64,000 bases of DNA, from NCBI GenBank assembly GCA_964016885.1, contig OZ024744.1:67146001-67210000 (forward strand), in the 5' to 3' direction. A program made the translations under genes and the position numbers. Under the pieces are notes generated by a model. The model did not search any database and was not told where the DNA came from. It worked only from the letters and a program-made list of their open reading frames with translations. Shown here piece by piece: positions 25,301 through 40,300 of this stretch; the first letter of the stretch is position 1, and each line of letters begins with the position of its first letter. Source of the DNA: Eledone cirrhosa (Eukaryota).

Positions 25301-28300
25301 TTCAAACAGTATTCCCTTGTGACCTTCAGGTTTTGCTAACATTTTATTATTCTTTGTGACTTTAATTGCAGAATCACCATTATTTTCAAACAGTATTCCC
25401 TTGTGACCTTCATGCTTTCCTAACGATTTAATATTCGTTGTGGCTTTAATTGCAGAAGCACCATTATTTTCGAACAGTATTCCCTGTTGACCTTCATATT
25501 TCGCTAACATTTAAATATTCTTTGCGGCTTTAATTGCAGAATCACCATTGTTTTCGAATAGTATTCCCTGTTGACCTTCATATTATGCTAACATTTAAAT
25601 ATTCTTTGCGGCTTTAATTGCAGAATCAGAATTATTTTCAAACAGTATTCCCTGTTGACCTTCATGTTTTGCTAATATTTAAATATTCTTTGTGGCTTTA
25701 ATTGCAGAATCTCCATTATTTTCAAAGAGTATTCCCTGTTGACCTTCATATTTTGCTAACATTTAAATATTCTTTGCGGCTTTAATTGCAGAATCAGTAT
25801 TATTTTCAAACAGTATTCCCTGTTGACCTTCATGATTTCCTGACGTTTTAATATTCTTTGTGGCTTTAATTGCAGGAGCACCATTATTTTCGAACATTAT
25901 TCCCTGTTGACCTTCATATTTTGCTAACATTTAAATATTCTTTGCGGCTTTAATTGCAGAATCAACATTATTTTCAAACAGTATTCTCTGTTGACCTTCA
26001 TGCTTTCCTAACGATTTAATATTCTTTGTGGCTTTAATTGCAGAAGCACCATTATTTTCGGACAGTATTCCCTGTTGACCTTCATATTTTGCTAACATTT
26101 TCATATTCTTTGTGGCTTTAATTGCAGAATCACCATTATTTTCAAACACTATTCCCTGTTGACCTTCATACTTTGCTAATATTTTAATACTTTTTGTGGT
26201 TTAAATTGCAGAATCACCATTATTTTCAAACAGTATTCCCTGTTGACCTTCATGTTTTGCTAACATTTTAATATTCTTTGAAGTTTTAATTACAGAATCA
26301 CCACTATTTTCAGACGGTATTCCCTGTTGACCTTCATATTTTGCTAACATTTTAATATTCTTTGTGGCTTTAATTGCAGAATCACCATTATTTTCAAACA
26401 GTATTCTCTGTTGACCTTCATGCTTTCCTAACGATTTAATATTCTTTGTGGCTTTAATTGCAGAAGCACAATTATTTTCGAACAGTATTCCCTGTTGAAC
26501 TTCATATTTTGCTAACATTTAAATATTCTTTGCGGCTTTAATTGCAGAATCAACATTATTTTCAAACAGTATTCTCTGTTGACCTTCATGCTTTCCTAAC
26601 GATTTAATATTCTTTGTGGCTTTAATTGCAGAAGCACCATTATTTTCGGACAGTATTCCCTGTTGACCTTCATATTTTGCTAACATTTTCATATTCTTTG
26701 TGTCTTTAATTGCAGAATCACCATTATTTTCAAACAGTATACCCTGTTGACCTTCATATTTTGCTAACATTTTATTATACTTTATGACTTTAATTGCAGA
26801 ATCACCATTATTTTCAAACATTATTCCCTGTTGACCTTCATGTTTTGCTAACATTTTAATATTCTTTGTGCCTTTAATTTCAGAATCACCATTATTTTCA
26901 AACAGTATTCCCTGTTGACCTTCATATGTTGCTAACATTTACATATACTTTGCGGCTTTAATTGCAGTATCACCATTGTTTTCGAATAGTATTCCCTGTT
27001 TACCTTCTTGTTTTGCTAATATTTTAATATACTTTGTGACTTTAATTGCAGAATCACCATTATTTTCAAACAGTATTCCCTTGTGACCTTCAGGTTTTGC
27101 TAACATTTTATTATTCTTTGTGACTTTAATTGCAGAATCACCATTATTTTCAAACAGTATTCTCTGTTGACCTTCATGCTTTCCTAACGATTTAATATTC
27201 GTTGTGGCTTTAATTGCAGAATCACCATTGTTTTCGAATAGTATTCCCTGTTGACCTTCATATTATGCTAACATTTAAATATTCTTTGCGGCTTTAATTG
27301 CAGAATCAGTATTATTTTCAAACAGTATTCCCTGTTGACCTTCATGTTTTGCTAATATTTAAATATTCTTTGTGGCTTTAATTGCAGAATCTCCATTATT
27401 TTCAAAGAGTATTCCCTGTTGACCTTCATATTTTGCTAACATTTAAATATTCTTTGCGGCTTTAATTGCAGTATCAGTATTATTTTCAAACAGTATTCCC
27501 TGTTGACCTTCATGATTTCCTGACGTTTTAATATTCTTTGTGGCTTTAATTGCAGAAGCACCATTATTTTCGAACAGTATTCCCTGTTGACCTTCATATA
27601 TGCTAACATTTAAATATTCTTTGCGGCTTTAATTGCAGAATCAACATTATTTTCAAACAGTATTCTCTGTTGACCTTCATGCTTTCCTAACGATTTAATA
27701 TTCTTTGTGGCTTTAATTGCAGAAGCACCATTATTTTCGGACAGTATTCCCTGTTGACCTTCATATTTTGCTAACATTTTCATATTCTTTGTGGCTTTAA
27801 TTGCAGAATCACCATTATTTTCAAACACTATTCCCTGTTGACCTTCATACTTTGCTAATATTTTAATACTCTTTGTGGTTTAAATTGCAGAATCACCATT
27901 ATTTTCAAACAGTATTCCCTGTTGACCTTCATGTTTTGCTAACATTTTAATATTCTTTGAAGTTTTAATTACAGAATCACCACTATTTTCAGACGGTATT
28001 CCCTGTTGACCTTCATATTTTGCTAACATTTTAATATTCTTTGTGGCTTTAATTGCAGAATCACCATTATTTTCAAACAGTATTCTCTGTTGACCTTCAT
28101 GCTTTCCTAACGATTTAATATTCTTTGTGGCTTTAATTGCAGAAGCACCATTATTTTCGAACAGTATTCCCTGTTGACCTTCATATTTTGCTAACATTTA
28201 AATATTCTTTGCGGCTTTAATTGCAGAATCAACATTATTTTCAAACAGTATTCTCTGTTGACCTTCATGCTTTCCTAACGATTTAATATTCTTTGTGGCT

Positions 28301-31300
28301 TTAATTGCAGAAGCACCATTATTTTCGGACAGTATTCCCTGTTGACCTTCATATTTTGCTAACATTTTCATATTCTTTGTGGCTTTAATTGCAGAATCAC
28401 CATTATTTTCAAACAGTATACCCTGTTGACCTTCATATTTTGCTAACATTTTATTATACTTTATGACTTTAATTGCAGAATCACCATTATTTTCAAACAT
28501 TATTCCCTGTTGACCTTCATGTTTTGCTAACATTTTAATAATCTTTGTGCCTTTAATTTCAGAATCACCATTATTTTCAAACAGTATTCCCTGTTGACCT
28601 TCATATGTTGCTAACATTTACATATACTTTGCGGCTTTAATTGCAGTATCACCATTGTTTTCGAATAGTATTCCCTGTTTACCTTCTTGTTTTGCTAATA
28701 TTTTAATATACTTTGTGACTTTAATTGCAGAATCACCATTATTTTCAAACAGTATTCCCTTGTGACCTTCAGGTTTTGCTAACATTTTATTATTCTTTGT
28801 GACTTTAATTGCAGAATCACCATTATTTTCAAACAGTATTCTCTGTTGACCTTCATGCTTTCCTAACGATTTAATATTCGTTGTGGCTTTAATTGCAGAA
28901 TCACCATTGTTTTCGAATAGTATTCCCTGTTGACCTTCATATTATGCTAACATTTAAATATTCTTTGCGGCATTAATTGCAGAATCAGTATTATTTTCAA
29001 ACAGTATTCCCTGTTGACCTTCATGTTTTGCTAATATTTTAATATACTTTGCGGCTGCAATTGCAGAATCACCATTATTTTCAAACAGTATTCCCTTGTG
29101 ACCTTCAAGTTTTGCTAACATTTTATTATTCTTTGTGACTTTAATTGCAGAATCACCATTATTTTCAAACAGTATTCCCTTGTGACCTTCATGCTTTCCT
29201 AACGATTTAATATTCGTTGTGGCTTTAATTGCAGAAGCACCATTATTTTCGAACAGTATTCCCTGTTGACCTTCATATTTTGCTAACATTTAAATATTCT
29301 TTGCGGCTTTAATTGCAGAATCACCATTGTTTTCGAATAGTATTCCCTGTTGACCTTCATATTATGCTAACATTTAAATATTCTTTGCGGCTTTAATTGC
29401 AGAATCAGTATTATTTTCAAACAGTATTCCCTGTTGACCTTCATGCTTTCCTGACGTTTTAATATTCTTTGTGGCTTTAATTGCAGAATCTCCATTATTT
29501 TCAAAGAGTATTCCCTGTTGACCTTCATATTTTGCTAACATTTAAATATTCTTTGCGGCTTTAATTGCAGTATCAGTATTATTTTCAAACAGTATTCCCT
29601 GTTGACCTTCATGATTTCCTGACGTTTTAATATTCTTTGTGGCTTTAATTGCAGAAGCACCATTATTTTCGAACAGTATTCCCTGTTGACCTTCATATAT
29701 GCTAACATTTAAATATTCTTTGCGGCTTTAATTGCAGAATCAACATTATTTTCAAACAGTATTCTCTGTTGACCTTCATGCTTTCCTAACGATTTAATAT
29801 TCTTTGTGGCTTTAATTGCAGAAGCACCATTATTTTCGGACAGTATTCCCTGTTGACCTTCATATTTTGCTAACATTTTCATATTCTTTGTGGCTTTAAT
29901 TGCAGAATCACCATTATTTTCAAACACTATTCCCTGTTGACCTTCATACTTTGCTAATATTTTAATACTCTTTGTGGTTTAAATTGCAGAATCACCATTA
30001 TTTTCAAACAGTATTCCCTGTTGACCTTCATGTTTTGCTAACATTTTAATATTCTTTGAAGTTTTAATTACAGAATCACCACTATTTTCAGACGGTATTC
30101 CCTGTTGACCTTCATATTTTGCTAACATTTTAATATTCTTTGTGGCTTTAATTGCAGAATCACCATTATTTTCAAACAGTATTCTCTGTTGACCTTCATG
30201 CTTTCCTAACGATTTAATATTCTTTGTGGCTTTAATTGCAGAAGCACCATTATTTTCGAACAGTATTCCCTGTTGACCTTCATATTTTGCTAACATTTAA
30301 ATATTCTTTGCGGCTTTAATTGCAGAATCAACATTATTTTCAAACAGTATTCTCTGTTGACCTTCATGCTTTCCTAACGATTTAATATTCTTTGTGGCTT
30401 TAATTGCAGAAGCACCATTATTTTCGGACAGTATTCCCTGTTGACCTTCATATTTTGCTAACATTTTCATATTCTTTGTGGCTTTAATTGCAGAATCACC
30501 ATTATTTTCAAACAGTATACCCTGTTGACCTTCATATTTTGCTAACATTTTATTATACTTTATGACTTTAATTGCAGAATCACCATTATTTTCAAACATT
30601 ATTCCCTGTTGACCTTCATGTTTTGCTAACATTTTAATAATCTTTGTGCCTTTAATTTCAGAATCACCATTATTTTCAAACAGTATCCCCTGTTGACCTT
30701 CATATGTTGCTAACATTTACATATACTTTGCGGCTTTAATTGCAGTATCACCATTGTTTTCGAATAGTATTCCCTGTTTACCTTCTTGTTTTGCTAATAT
30801 TTTAATATACTTTGTGACTTTAATTGCAGAATCACCATTATTTTCAAACAGTATTCCCTTGTGACCTTCAGGTTTTGCTAACATTTTATTATTCTTTGTG
30901 ACTTTAATTGCAGAATCACCATTATTTTCAAACAGTATTCTCTGTTGACCTTCATGCTTTCCTAACGATTTAATATTCGTTGTGGCTTTAATTGCAGAAT
31001 CACCATTGTTTTCGAATAGTATTCCCTGTTGACCTTCATATTATGCTAACATTTAAATATTCTTTGCGGCATTAATTGCAGAATCAGTATTATTTTCAAA
31101 CAGTATTCCCTGTTGACCTTCATGTTTTGCTAATATTTTAATATACTTTGCGGCTGCAATTGCAGAATCACCATTATTTTCAAACAGTATTCCCTTGTGA
31201 CCTTCAAGTTTTGCTAACATTTTATTATTCTTTGTGACTTTAATTGCAGAATCACCATTATTTTCAAACAGTATTCCCTTGTGACCTTCATGCTTTCCTA

Positions 31301-34300
31301 ACGATTTAATATTCGTTGTGGCTTTAATTGCAGAAGCACCATTATTTTCGAACAGTATTCCCTGTTGACCTTCATATTTTGCTAACATTTAAATATTCTT
31401 TGCGGCTTTAATTGCAGAATCACCATTGTTTTCGAATAGTATTCCCTGTTGACCTTCATATTATGCTAACATTTAAATATTCTTTGCGGCTTTAATTGCA
31501 GAATCAGTATTATTTTCAAACAGTATTCCCTGTTGACCTTCATGCTTTCCTGACGTTTTAATATTCTTTGTGGCTTTAATTGCAGAAGCACCATTATTTT
31601 CGAACAGTATTCCCTGTTGACCTTCATATTTTGCTAACATTTAAATATTCTTTGCGGCTTTAATTGCAGAATCAGCATCATTTTCAAACATATTCCGTGT
31701 TGACCTTCATGCTTTCATAACATTTTAATATATTTTTGTGGCTTTAATTGCAGAATCACCATTATTTTCAAACACTATTCCCTGTTGACCTTCATATTTT
31801 GCTAACATTTAAATATTCTTTGCGGCTTTAATTGCAGAATCAACATTATTTTCAAACAGTATTTTCTGTTGAACTTCATGCTTTCCTAACGATTTAATAT
31901 TCTTTGTGGCTTTAATTGCAGAAGCACCATTATTTTCGAACAGTATTCCCTGTTGACCTTCATATTTTGCTAACATTTTAATATTCTTTGTGGCTTTAAT
32001 TGCAGAATCACCATTATTTTCAAACAGTATTCCCTGTTGACCTTCATATTTTGCTAACATTTTATTATACTTTATGACTTTAATTGCAGAATCACCATTA
32101 TTTTCGAACAGTATTCCCTGTTGACCTTCATATGTTGCTAACATTTAAATATACTTTGCGGCTTTAATTGCAGTATCACCATTATTTTCAAACAGTATTC
32201 CCTGTTGACCTTCATGCTTTCATAACATTTTAATATTTTTTGTGGCTTTAATTGCAGAATCACCATTATTTTCAAACACTATTCCCTGTTTACCTTCATG
32301 TTTTGCTAATATTTTAATATACTTTGCGGCTGCAATTGCAGAATCACCATTATTTTCAAACAGTATCCCCTTGTGACCTTCAGGTTTTGCTAACATTTTA
32401 TTATTCTTTGTGACTTTAATTGCAGAATCACCATTATTTTCAAACAGTATTCCCTTGTGACCTTCAGGTTTTGCTAACATTTTATTATTCTTTGTGACTT
32501 TAATTGCAGAATCACCATTATTTTCAAACAGTATTCTCTGTTGACCTTCATGCTTTCCTAACGATTTAATATTCGTTGTGGCTTTAATTGCTGAAGCACC
32601 ATTATTTTCGAACAGTATTCCCTGTTGACCTTCATATTTTGCTAACATTTAAATATTCTTTGCGGCTTTAATTGCAGAATCACCATTGTTTTCGAATAGT
32701 ATTCCCTGTTGACCTTCATATTATGCTAACATTTAAATATTCTTTGCGGCTTTAATTGCAGAATCAGTATTATTTTCAAACAGTATTCCCTGTTGACCTT
32801 CATGTTTTGCTAATATTTAAATATTCTTTGTGGCTTTAATTGCAGAATCTCCATTATTTTCAAAGAGTATTCCCTGTTGACCTTCATACTTTGCTAATAT
32901 TTTAATACTCTTTGTGGTTTAAATTGCAGAATCACCATTAGTTTCAAACAGTATTCCTTGTTGACCTTCATGTTTTGCTAACATTTTAATATTCTTTGAA
33001 GTTTTAATTACAGAATCACCACTATTTTCAGACGGTATGCCCTGTTGACCTTCATATTTTGCTAACATTTTAATATTCTTTGTGGCTTTAATTGCAGAAG
33101 CACCATTATTTTCGAACAGTATTCCCTGTAGACCTTCATATTTTGCTAACATTTAAATATTCTTTGCGGCTTTAATTGCAGAATCAACATTATTTTCAAA
33201 CAGTATTCTCTGTTGACCTTCATGCTTTCCTAACGATTTAATATTCTTTGTGGCTTTAATTGCAGAAGCACCATTATTTTCGAACAGTATTCCCTGTTGA
33301 CCTTCATATTTTGCTAACATTTTAATATTCTTTGTGGCTTTAATTGCAGAATCACCATTATTTTCAAACAGTATTCTCTGTTGACCTTCATGCTTTCCTA
33401 ACGATTTAATATTTTTGTGGCTTTAATTGCAGAAGCACCATTATTTTCGAACAGTATTCCCTGTTGACCTTCATATTTTGCTAACATTTAAATATTCTTT
33501 GCGGCTTTAATTGCAGAATCAACATTATTTTCAAACAGTATTCTCTGTTGACCTTCATGCTTTCCTAACGATTTAATATTCTTTGTGGCTTTAATTGTAG
33601 AAGCACCATTATTTTCGAACAGTATTCCCTGTTGACCTTCATATTTTGCTGACATTTTAATATTCTTTGTGGCTTTAATTGCAGAATCACCATTATTTTC
33701 AAACAGTATTCCCTGTTGACCTTCAGGTTGTTCTAACATTTTATTATTCATTGTGACTTTAATTGCAGAATTACCATTATTTTCAAACAGTATTCCCTGT
33801 TGACCTTCATCTTTTCATAACATTTTAATATTTTTTTGTGGCTTTAATTGCAGAATCACCATTATTTTCAAACAGTATTCCCTGTTTATCTTCATGTTTT
33901 GCTAATATTTAAATATTCTTTGTGGCTTTAATTGCAGAATCACCATTATTTTGAAACAGTATTCTCTGTTGACCTTCATGCTTTCCTAACGATTTAATAT
34001 TCTTTGTGGCTTTAATTGCAGAAGCACCATTATTTTCGAACAGTATTCCCTGTTGACCTTCATATTTTGCTAACATTTAAATATTCTTTGCGGCTTTAAT
34101 TGCAGAATCAGCATCATTTTCAAACAGTATTCCCTGTTGACCTTCATGCTTTCATAACATTTTAATATATTTTTGTGGCTTTAATTGCAGAATCACCATT
34201 ATTTTCAAACACTATTCCCTGTTGACCTTCATACTTTGCTAATATTTTAATACTCTTTGTGGTTTAAATTGCAGAATCACCATTATTTTCAAACACTATT

Positions 34301-37300
34301 CCCTGTTTACCATCATGTTTTGCTAATATTTAAATATTCTTTGTGGCTTTAATTGCAGAATCACCATTATTTTTAAAGAGTATTCCCTGTTTTACCTTCA
34401 TGTTTTGCTAATATTTTAATATACATTGCGGCTGCAATTGCAGAATCACCATTATTTTCAAACAGTATTCCCTGTTGACCTTCATATTTTGCTAACATTT
34501 AAATATTCTTTGCGGCTTTAATTGCAGAATCACCTTTGTTTTCGAATAGTATTCCCTGTTGACCTTCATATTATGCTAACATTTAAATATTCTTTGCGGC
34601 TTTAATTGCAGAATCAGTATTATTTTCAAACAGTATTCCCTGTTGACCTTCATGTTTTGCTAATATTTAAATATTCTTTGTGGCTTTAATTGCAGAATCT
34701 CCATTATTTTCAAAGAGTATTCCCTGTTGACCTTCATACTTTGCTAATATTTTAATACTCTTTGTGGTTTAAATTGCAGAATCACCATTATTTTCAAACA
34801 GTATTCCTTGTTGACCTTCATGTTTTGCTAACATTTTAATATTCTTTGAAGTTTTAATTACAGAATCACCACTATTTTCAGACGGTATTCCCTGTTGACC
34901 TTCATATTTTGCTAACATTTTAATATTCTTTGTGGCTTTAATTGCAGAAGCACCATTATTTTCGAACAGTATTCCCTGTTGACCTTCATATTTTGCTAAC
35001 ATTTAAATATTCTTTGCGGCTTTAATTGCAGAATCAACATTATTTTCAAACAGTATTCTCTGTTGACCTTCATGCTTTCCTAACGATTTAATATTCTTTG
35101 TGGCTTTAATTGCAGAAGCACCATTATTTTCGAACAGTATTCCCTGTTGACCTTCATATTTTGCTTACATTTTAATATTCTTTGTGGCTTTAATTGCAGA
35201 ATCACCATTATTTTCAAACAGTATTCTCTGTTGACCTTCATGCTTTCCTAACGATTTAATATTTTTGTGGCTTTAATTGCAGAAGCACCATTATTTTCGA
35301 ACAGTATTCCCTGTTGACCTTCATATTTTGCTAACATTTAAATATTCTTTGCGGCTTTAATTGCAGAATCAACATTATTTTCAAACAGTATTCTCTGTTG
35401 ACCTTCATGCTTTCCTAACGATTTAATATTCTTTGTGGCTTTAATTGTAGAAGCACCATTATTTTCGAACAGTATTCCCTGTTGACCTTCATATTTTGCT
35501 AACATTTTAATATTCTTTGTGGCTTTAATTGCAGAATCACCATTATTTTCAAACAGTATTCCCTGTTGACCTTCAGGTTGTTCTAACATTTTATTATTCA
35601 TTGTGACTTTAATTGCAGAATTACCATTATTTTCAAACAGTATTCCCTGTTGACCTTCATCTTTTCATAACATTTTAATATTTTTTTGTGGCTTTAATTG
35701 CAGAATCACCATTATTTTCAAACAGTATTCCCTGTTTATCTTCATGTTTTGCTAATATTTAAATATTCTTTGTGGCTTTAATTGCAGAATCACCATTATT
35801 TTGAAACAGTATTCTCTGTTGACCTTCATGCTTTCCTAACGATTTAATATTCTTTGTGGCTTTAATTGCAGAAGCACCATTATTTTCGAACAGTATTCCC
35901 TGTTGACCTTCATATTTTGCTAACATTTAAATATTCTTTGCGGCTTTAATTGCAGAATCAGCATCATTTTCAAACAGTATTCCCTGTTGACCTTCATGCT
36001 TTCATAACATTTTAATATATTTTTGTGGCTTTAATTGCAGAATCACCATTATTTTCAAACACTATTCCCTGTTGACCTTCATACTTTGCTAATATTTTAA
36101 TACTCTTTGTGGTTTAAATTGCAGAATCACCATTATTTTCAAACACTATTCCCTGTTTACCATCATGTTTTGCTAATATTTAAATATTCTTTGTGGCTTT
36201 AATTGCAGAATCACCATTATTTTTAAAGAGTATTCCCTGTTTTACCTTCATGTTTTGCTAATATTTTAATATACATTGCGGCTGCAATTGCAGAATCACC
36301 ATTATTTTCAAACAGTATTCCCTGTTGACCTTCATATTTTGCTAACATTTAAATATTCTTTGCGGCTTTAATTGCAGAATCACCTTTGTTTTCGAATAGT
36401 ATTCCCTGTTGACCTTCATATTATGCTAACATTTAAATATTCTTTGCGGCTTTAATTGCAGAATCAGTATTATTTTCAAACAGTATTCCCTGTTGACCTT
36501 CATGTTTTGCTAATATTTAAATATTCTTTGTGGCTTTAATTGCAGAATCTCCATTGTTTTCAAAGAGTATTCCCTGTTGACCTTCATATTTTGCTAACAT
36601 TTTAATATTCTTTGTGGCTTTAATTGCAGAAGCACCATTATTTTCGAACAGTATTCCCTGTTGACCTTCATATTTTGCTAACATTTAAATATTCTTTGCG
36701 GCTTTAATTGCAGAATCAACATTATTTTCAAACAGTATTCTCTGTTGACCTTCATGCTTTCCTAACGATTTAATATTCTTTGTGGCTTTAATTGCAGAAG
36801 CAGCATTATTTTCGAACAGTATTCCCTGTTGACCTTCATATTTTGCTAACATTTTAATATTCTTTGTGGCTTTAATTGCAGAATCACCATTATTTTCAAA
36901 CAGTATTCTCTGTTGACCTACATGCTTTCCTAACGATTTAATATTTTTGTGGCTTTAATTGCAGAAGCACCATTATTTTCGAACAGTATTCCCTGTTGAC
37001 CTTCATATTTTGCTAACATTTAAATATTCTTTGCGGCTTTAATTGCAGAATCAACATTATTTTCAAACAGTATTCTCTGTTGACCTTCATGCTTTCCTAA
37101 CGATTTAATATTCTTTGTGGCTTTAATTGCAGAAGCACCATTATTTTCGAACAGTATTCCCTGTTGACCTTCATATTTTGCTAACATTTTAATATTCTTT
37201 GTGGCTTTAATTGCAGAATCACCATTATTTTCAAACAGTATTCCCTGTTGACCTTCAGGTTGTTCTAACATTTTATTATTCATTGTGACTTTAATTGCAG

Positions 37301-40300
37301 AATTACCATTATTTTCAAACAGTATTCCCTGTTGACCTTCATCTTTTCATAACATTTTAATATTTTTTTGTGGCTTTAATTGCAGAATCACCATTATTTT
37401 CAAACAGTATTCCCTGTTTATCTTCATGTTTTGCTAATATTTAAATATTCTTTGTGGCTTTAATTGCAGAATCACCATTATTTTGAAACAGTATTCTCTG
37501 TTGACCTTCATGCTTTACTAACGATTTAATATTCTTTGTGGCTTTAATTGCAGAAGCACCATTATTTTCGAACAGTATTCCCTGTTGACCTTCATATTTT
37601 GCTAACATTTAAATATTCTTTGCGGCTTTAATTGCAGAATCAGCATCATTTTCAAACAGTATTCCCTGTTGACCTTCATGCTTTCATAACATTTTAATAT
37701 ATTTTTGTGGCTTTAATTGCAGAATCACCATTATTTTCAAACACTATTCCCTGTTGACCTTCATACTTTGCTAATATTTTAATACTCTTTGTGGTTTAAA
37801 TTGCAGAATCACCATTATTTTCAAACACTATTCCCTGTTTACCATCATGTTTTGCTAATATTTAAATATTCTTTGTGGCTTTAATTGCAGAATCACCATT
37901 ATTTTTAAAGAGTATTCCCTGTTTTACCTTCATGTTTTGCTAATATTTTAATATACATTGCGGCTGCAATTGCAGAATCATCATTATTTTCAAACAGTAT
38001 TCCCTTGTGACCTTCAGGTTTTGCTAACATTTTATTATTCTTTGTGACTTTAATTGCAGAATCACCATTATTTTCAAACAGTATTCTCTGTTGACCTTCA
38101 TGCTTTCCTAACGATTTAATATTCGTTGTGGCTTTAATTGCAGAAGCACCATTATTTTCGAACAGTATTCCCTGTTGACTGTCATATTTTGCTAACATTT
38201 AAAAATTCTTTGCGGCTTTAATTGCAGAATCACCATTGTTTTCGAATAGTATTCCCTGTTGACCTTCATATTATGCTAACATTTAAATATTCTTTGCGGC
38301 TTTAATTGAAGAATCAGTATTATTTTCAAACAGTATTCCCTGTTGACCTTCATGCTTTCCTGACGTTTTAATATTCTTTGTGGCTTTAATTGCAGAATCA
38401 CCATTATTTTCAAACAGTATTCCCTGTTGACCTTCAAGCTTTGCTAACATTTTAATATTCTTTGCGGTTTTTATTACAGAAACACCATTATTTTCAAACA
38501 GTATTCCTTGTTGACCTTCATCTTTTCATAACATTTTAATATTTTTTTGTGGCTTTAATTGCAGAATCACCATTATTTTCAAACAGTATTCCCTGTTTAC
38601 CTTCATGTTTTGCTAATATTTAAATATTCTTTGTGGCTTTAATGGCAGAATGACCATTATTTTCAAAGAGTATTCCCTGTTTTACCTTCATGTTTTGCTA
38701 ATATTTTAATATACTTTGCGGCTGCAATTGCAGAATCACCATTATTTTCAAACAATATTCCCTTGTGACCTTCAGGTTGTGCTAACATTTTAATATTCTT
38801 TGTTACTTTAATTGCAGAATTACCATTATTTTCAAACAGTATTCCCTTGTGACCTTCAGGTTTTGCTAACATTTTATTATTCTTTGTGGCTTTAATTGCA
38901 GAATCACCATTATTTTGAAACAGTATTCTCTGTTGACCTTCATGCTTTCCTAACGATTTAATATTCTTTGTGGCTTTAATTGCAGAAGCACCATTATTTT
39001 CGAACAGTATTCCCTGTTGACCTTCATATTTTGCTAACATTTAAATATTCTTTGCGGCTTTAATTGCAGAATCAGCATCATTTTCAAACAGTATTCCCTG
39101 TTGACCTTCATGCTTTCATAACATTTTAATATATTTTTGTGGCTTTAATTGCAGAATCACCATTATTTTCAAACACTATTCCCTGTTGACCTTCATACTT
39201 TGCTAATATTTTAATACTCTTTGTGGTTTAAATTGCAGAATCACCATTATTTTCAAACACTATTCCCTGTTTACCATCATGTTTTGCTAATATTGAAATA
39301 TTCTTTGTGGCATTAATAGCAGAATCACCATTATTTTCAAAGAGTATTCCCTGTTTTACCTTCATGTTTTGCTAATATTTTAATATACTTTGCGGCTGCA
39401 ATTGCAGAATCACCATTATTTTCAAACAGTATTCCCTTGTGACCTTCAGGTTGTGCTAACATTTTATTATTCTTTGTGACTTTAATTGCAGAATTACCAT
39501 TATTTTCAAACAGTATTCCCTTGTGACCTTCAGGTTTTGCTAACATTTTATTATTCTTCGTGACTTTAATTGCAGAATCCCCATTATTTTCAAAGAGTAT
39601 TCCCTGTTTTACCTTCATGTTTTGCTAATATTTTAATATACTTTGCGGCTGCAATTGCAGAATCACCATTATTTTCAAACAGTATTCTCTGTTGACCTTC
39701 ATGCTTTCCTAACGATTTAATATTCGTTGTGGCTTTAATTGCAGAAGCAGCATTATTTTCGAACAGTATTCCCTGTTGACCTTCATATTTTGATAACATT
39801 TAAATATTCTTTGCGGCTTTAATTGCAGAATCACCATTGTTTTCGAATAGTATTCCCTGTTGACCTTCATATTATTCTAACATTTAAATATTCTTTGCGG
39901 CTTTAATTGCAGAATCACCATTATTTTCAAACAGTATTCCCTGTTGACCTTCATGCTTTCATAACATTTTAATATATTTTTGTGGTTTAAATTGCAGAAT
40001 CACCATTATTTTCAAACAGTATTCCCCGTTGACCTTCATGTTTTGCTAACATTTTAATATTCTTTGAAGTTTTAATTACAGAATCACCACTATTTTCAGA
40101 CAGTATTCCCTGTTGACCTTCATATTTTGCTAACATTTTAATATTCTTTGTGGCTTTAATTGCAGAATCACCATTATTTTCAAACAGTATTCCCTGTTGA
40201 CCTTCATATTTTGCTAACATTTAAATATACTTTGCGGCTTTAATTTGAGAATCACCATTATTTTCATACATTATTCCCAGTTGACCTTCATGTTTTGTAA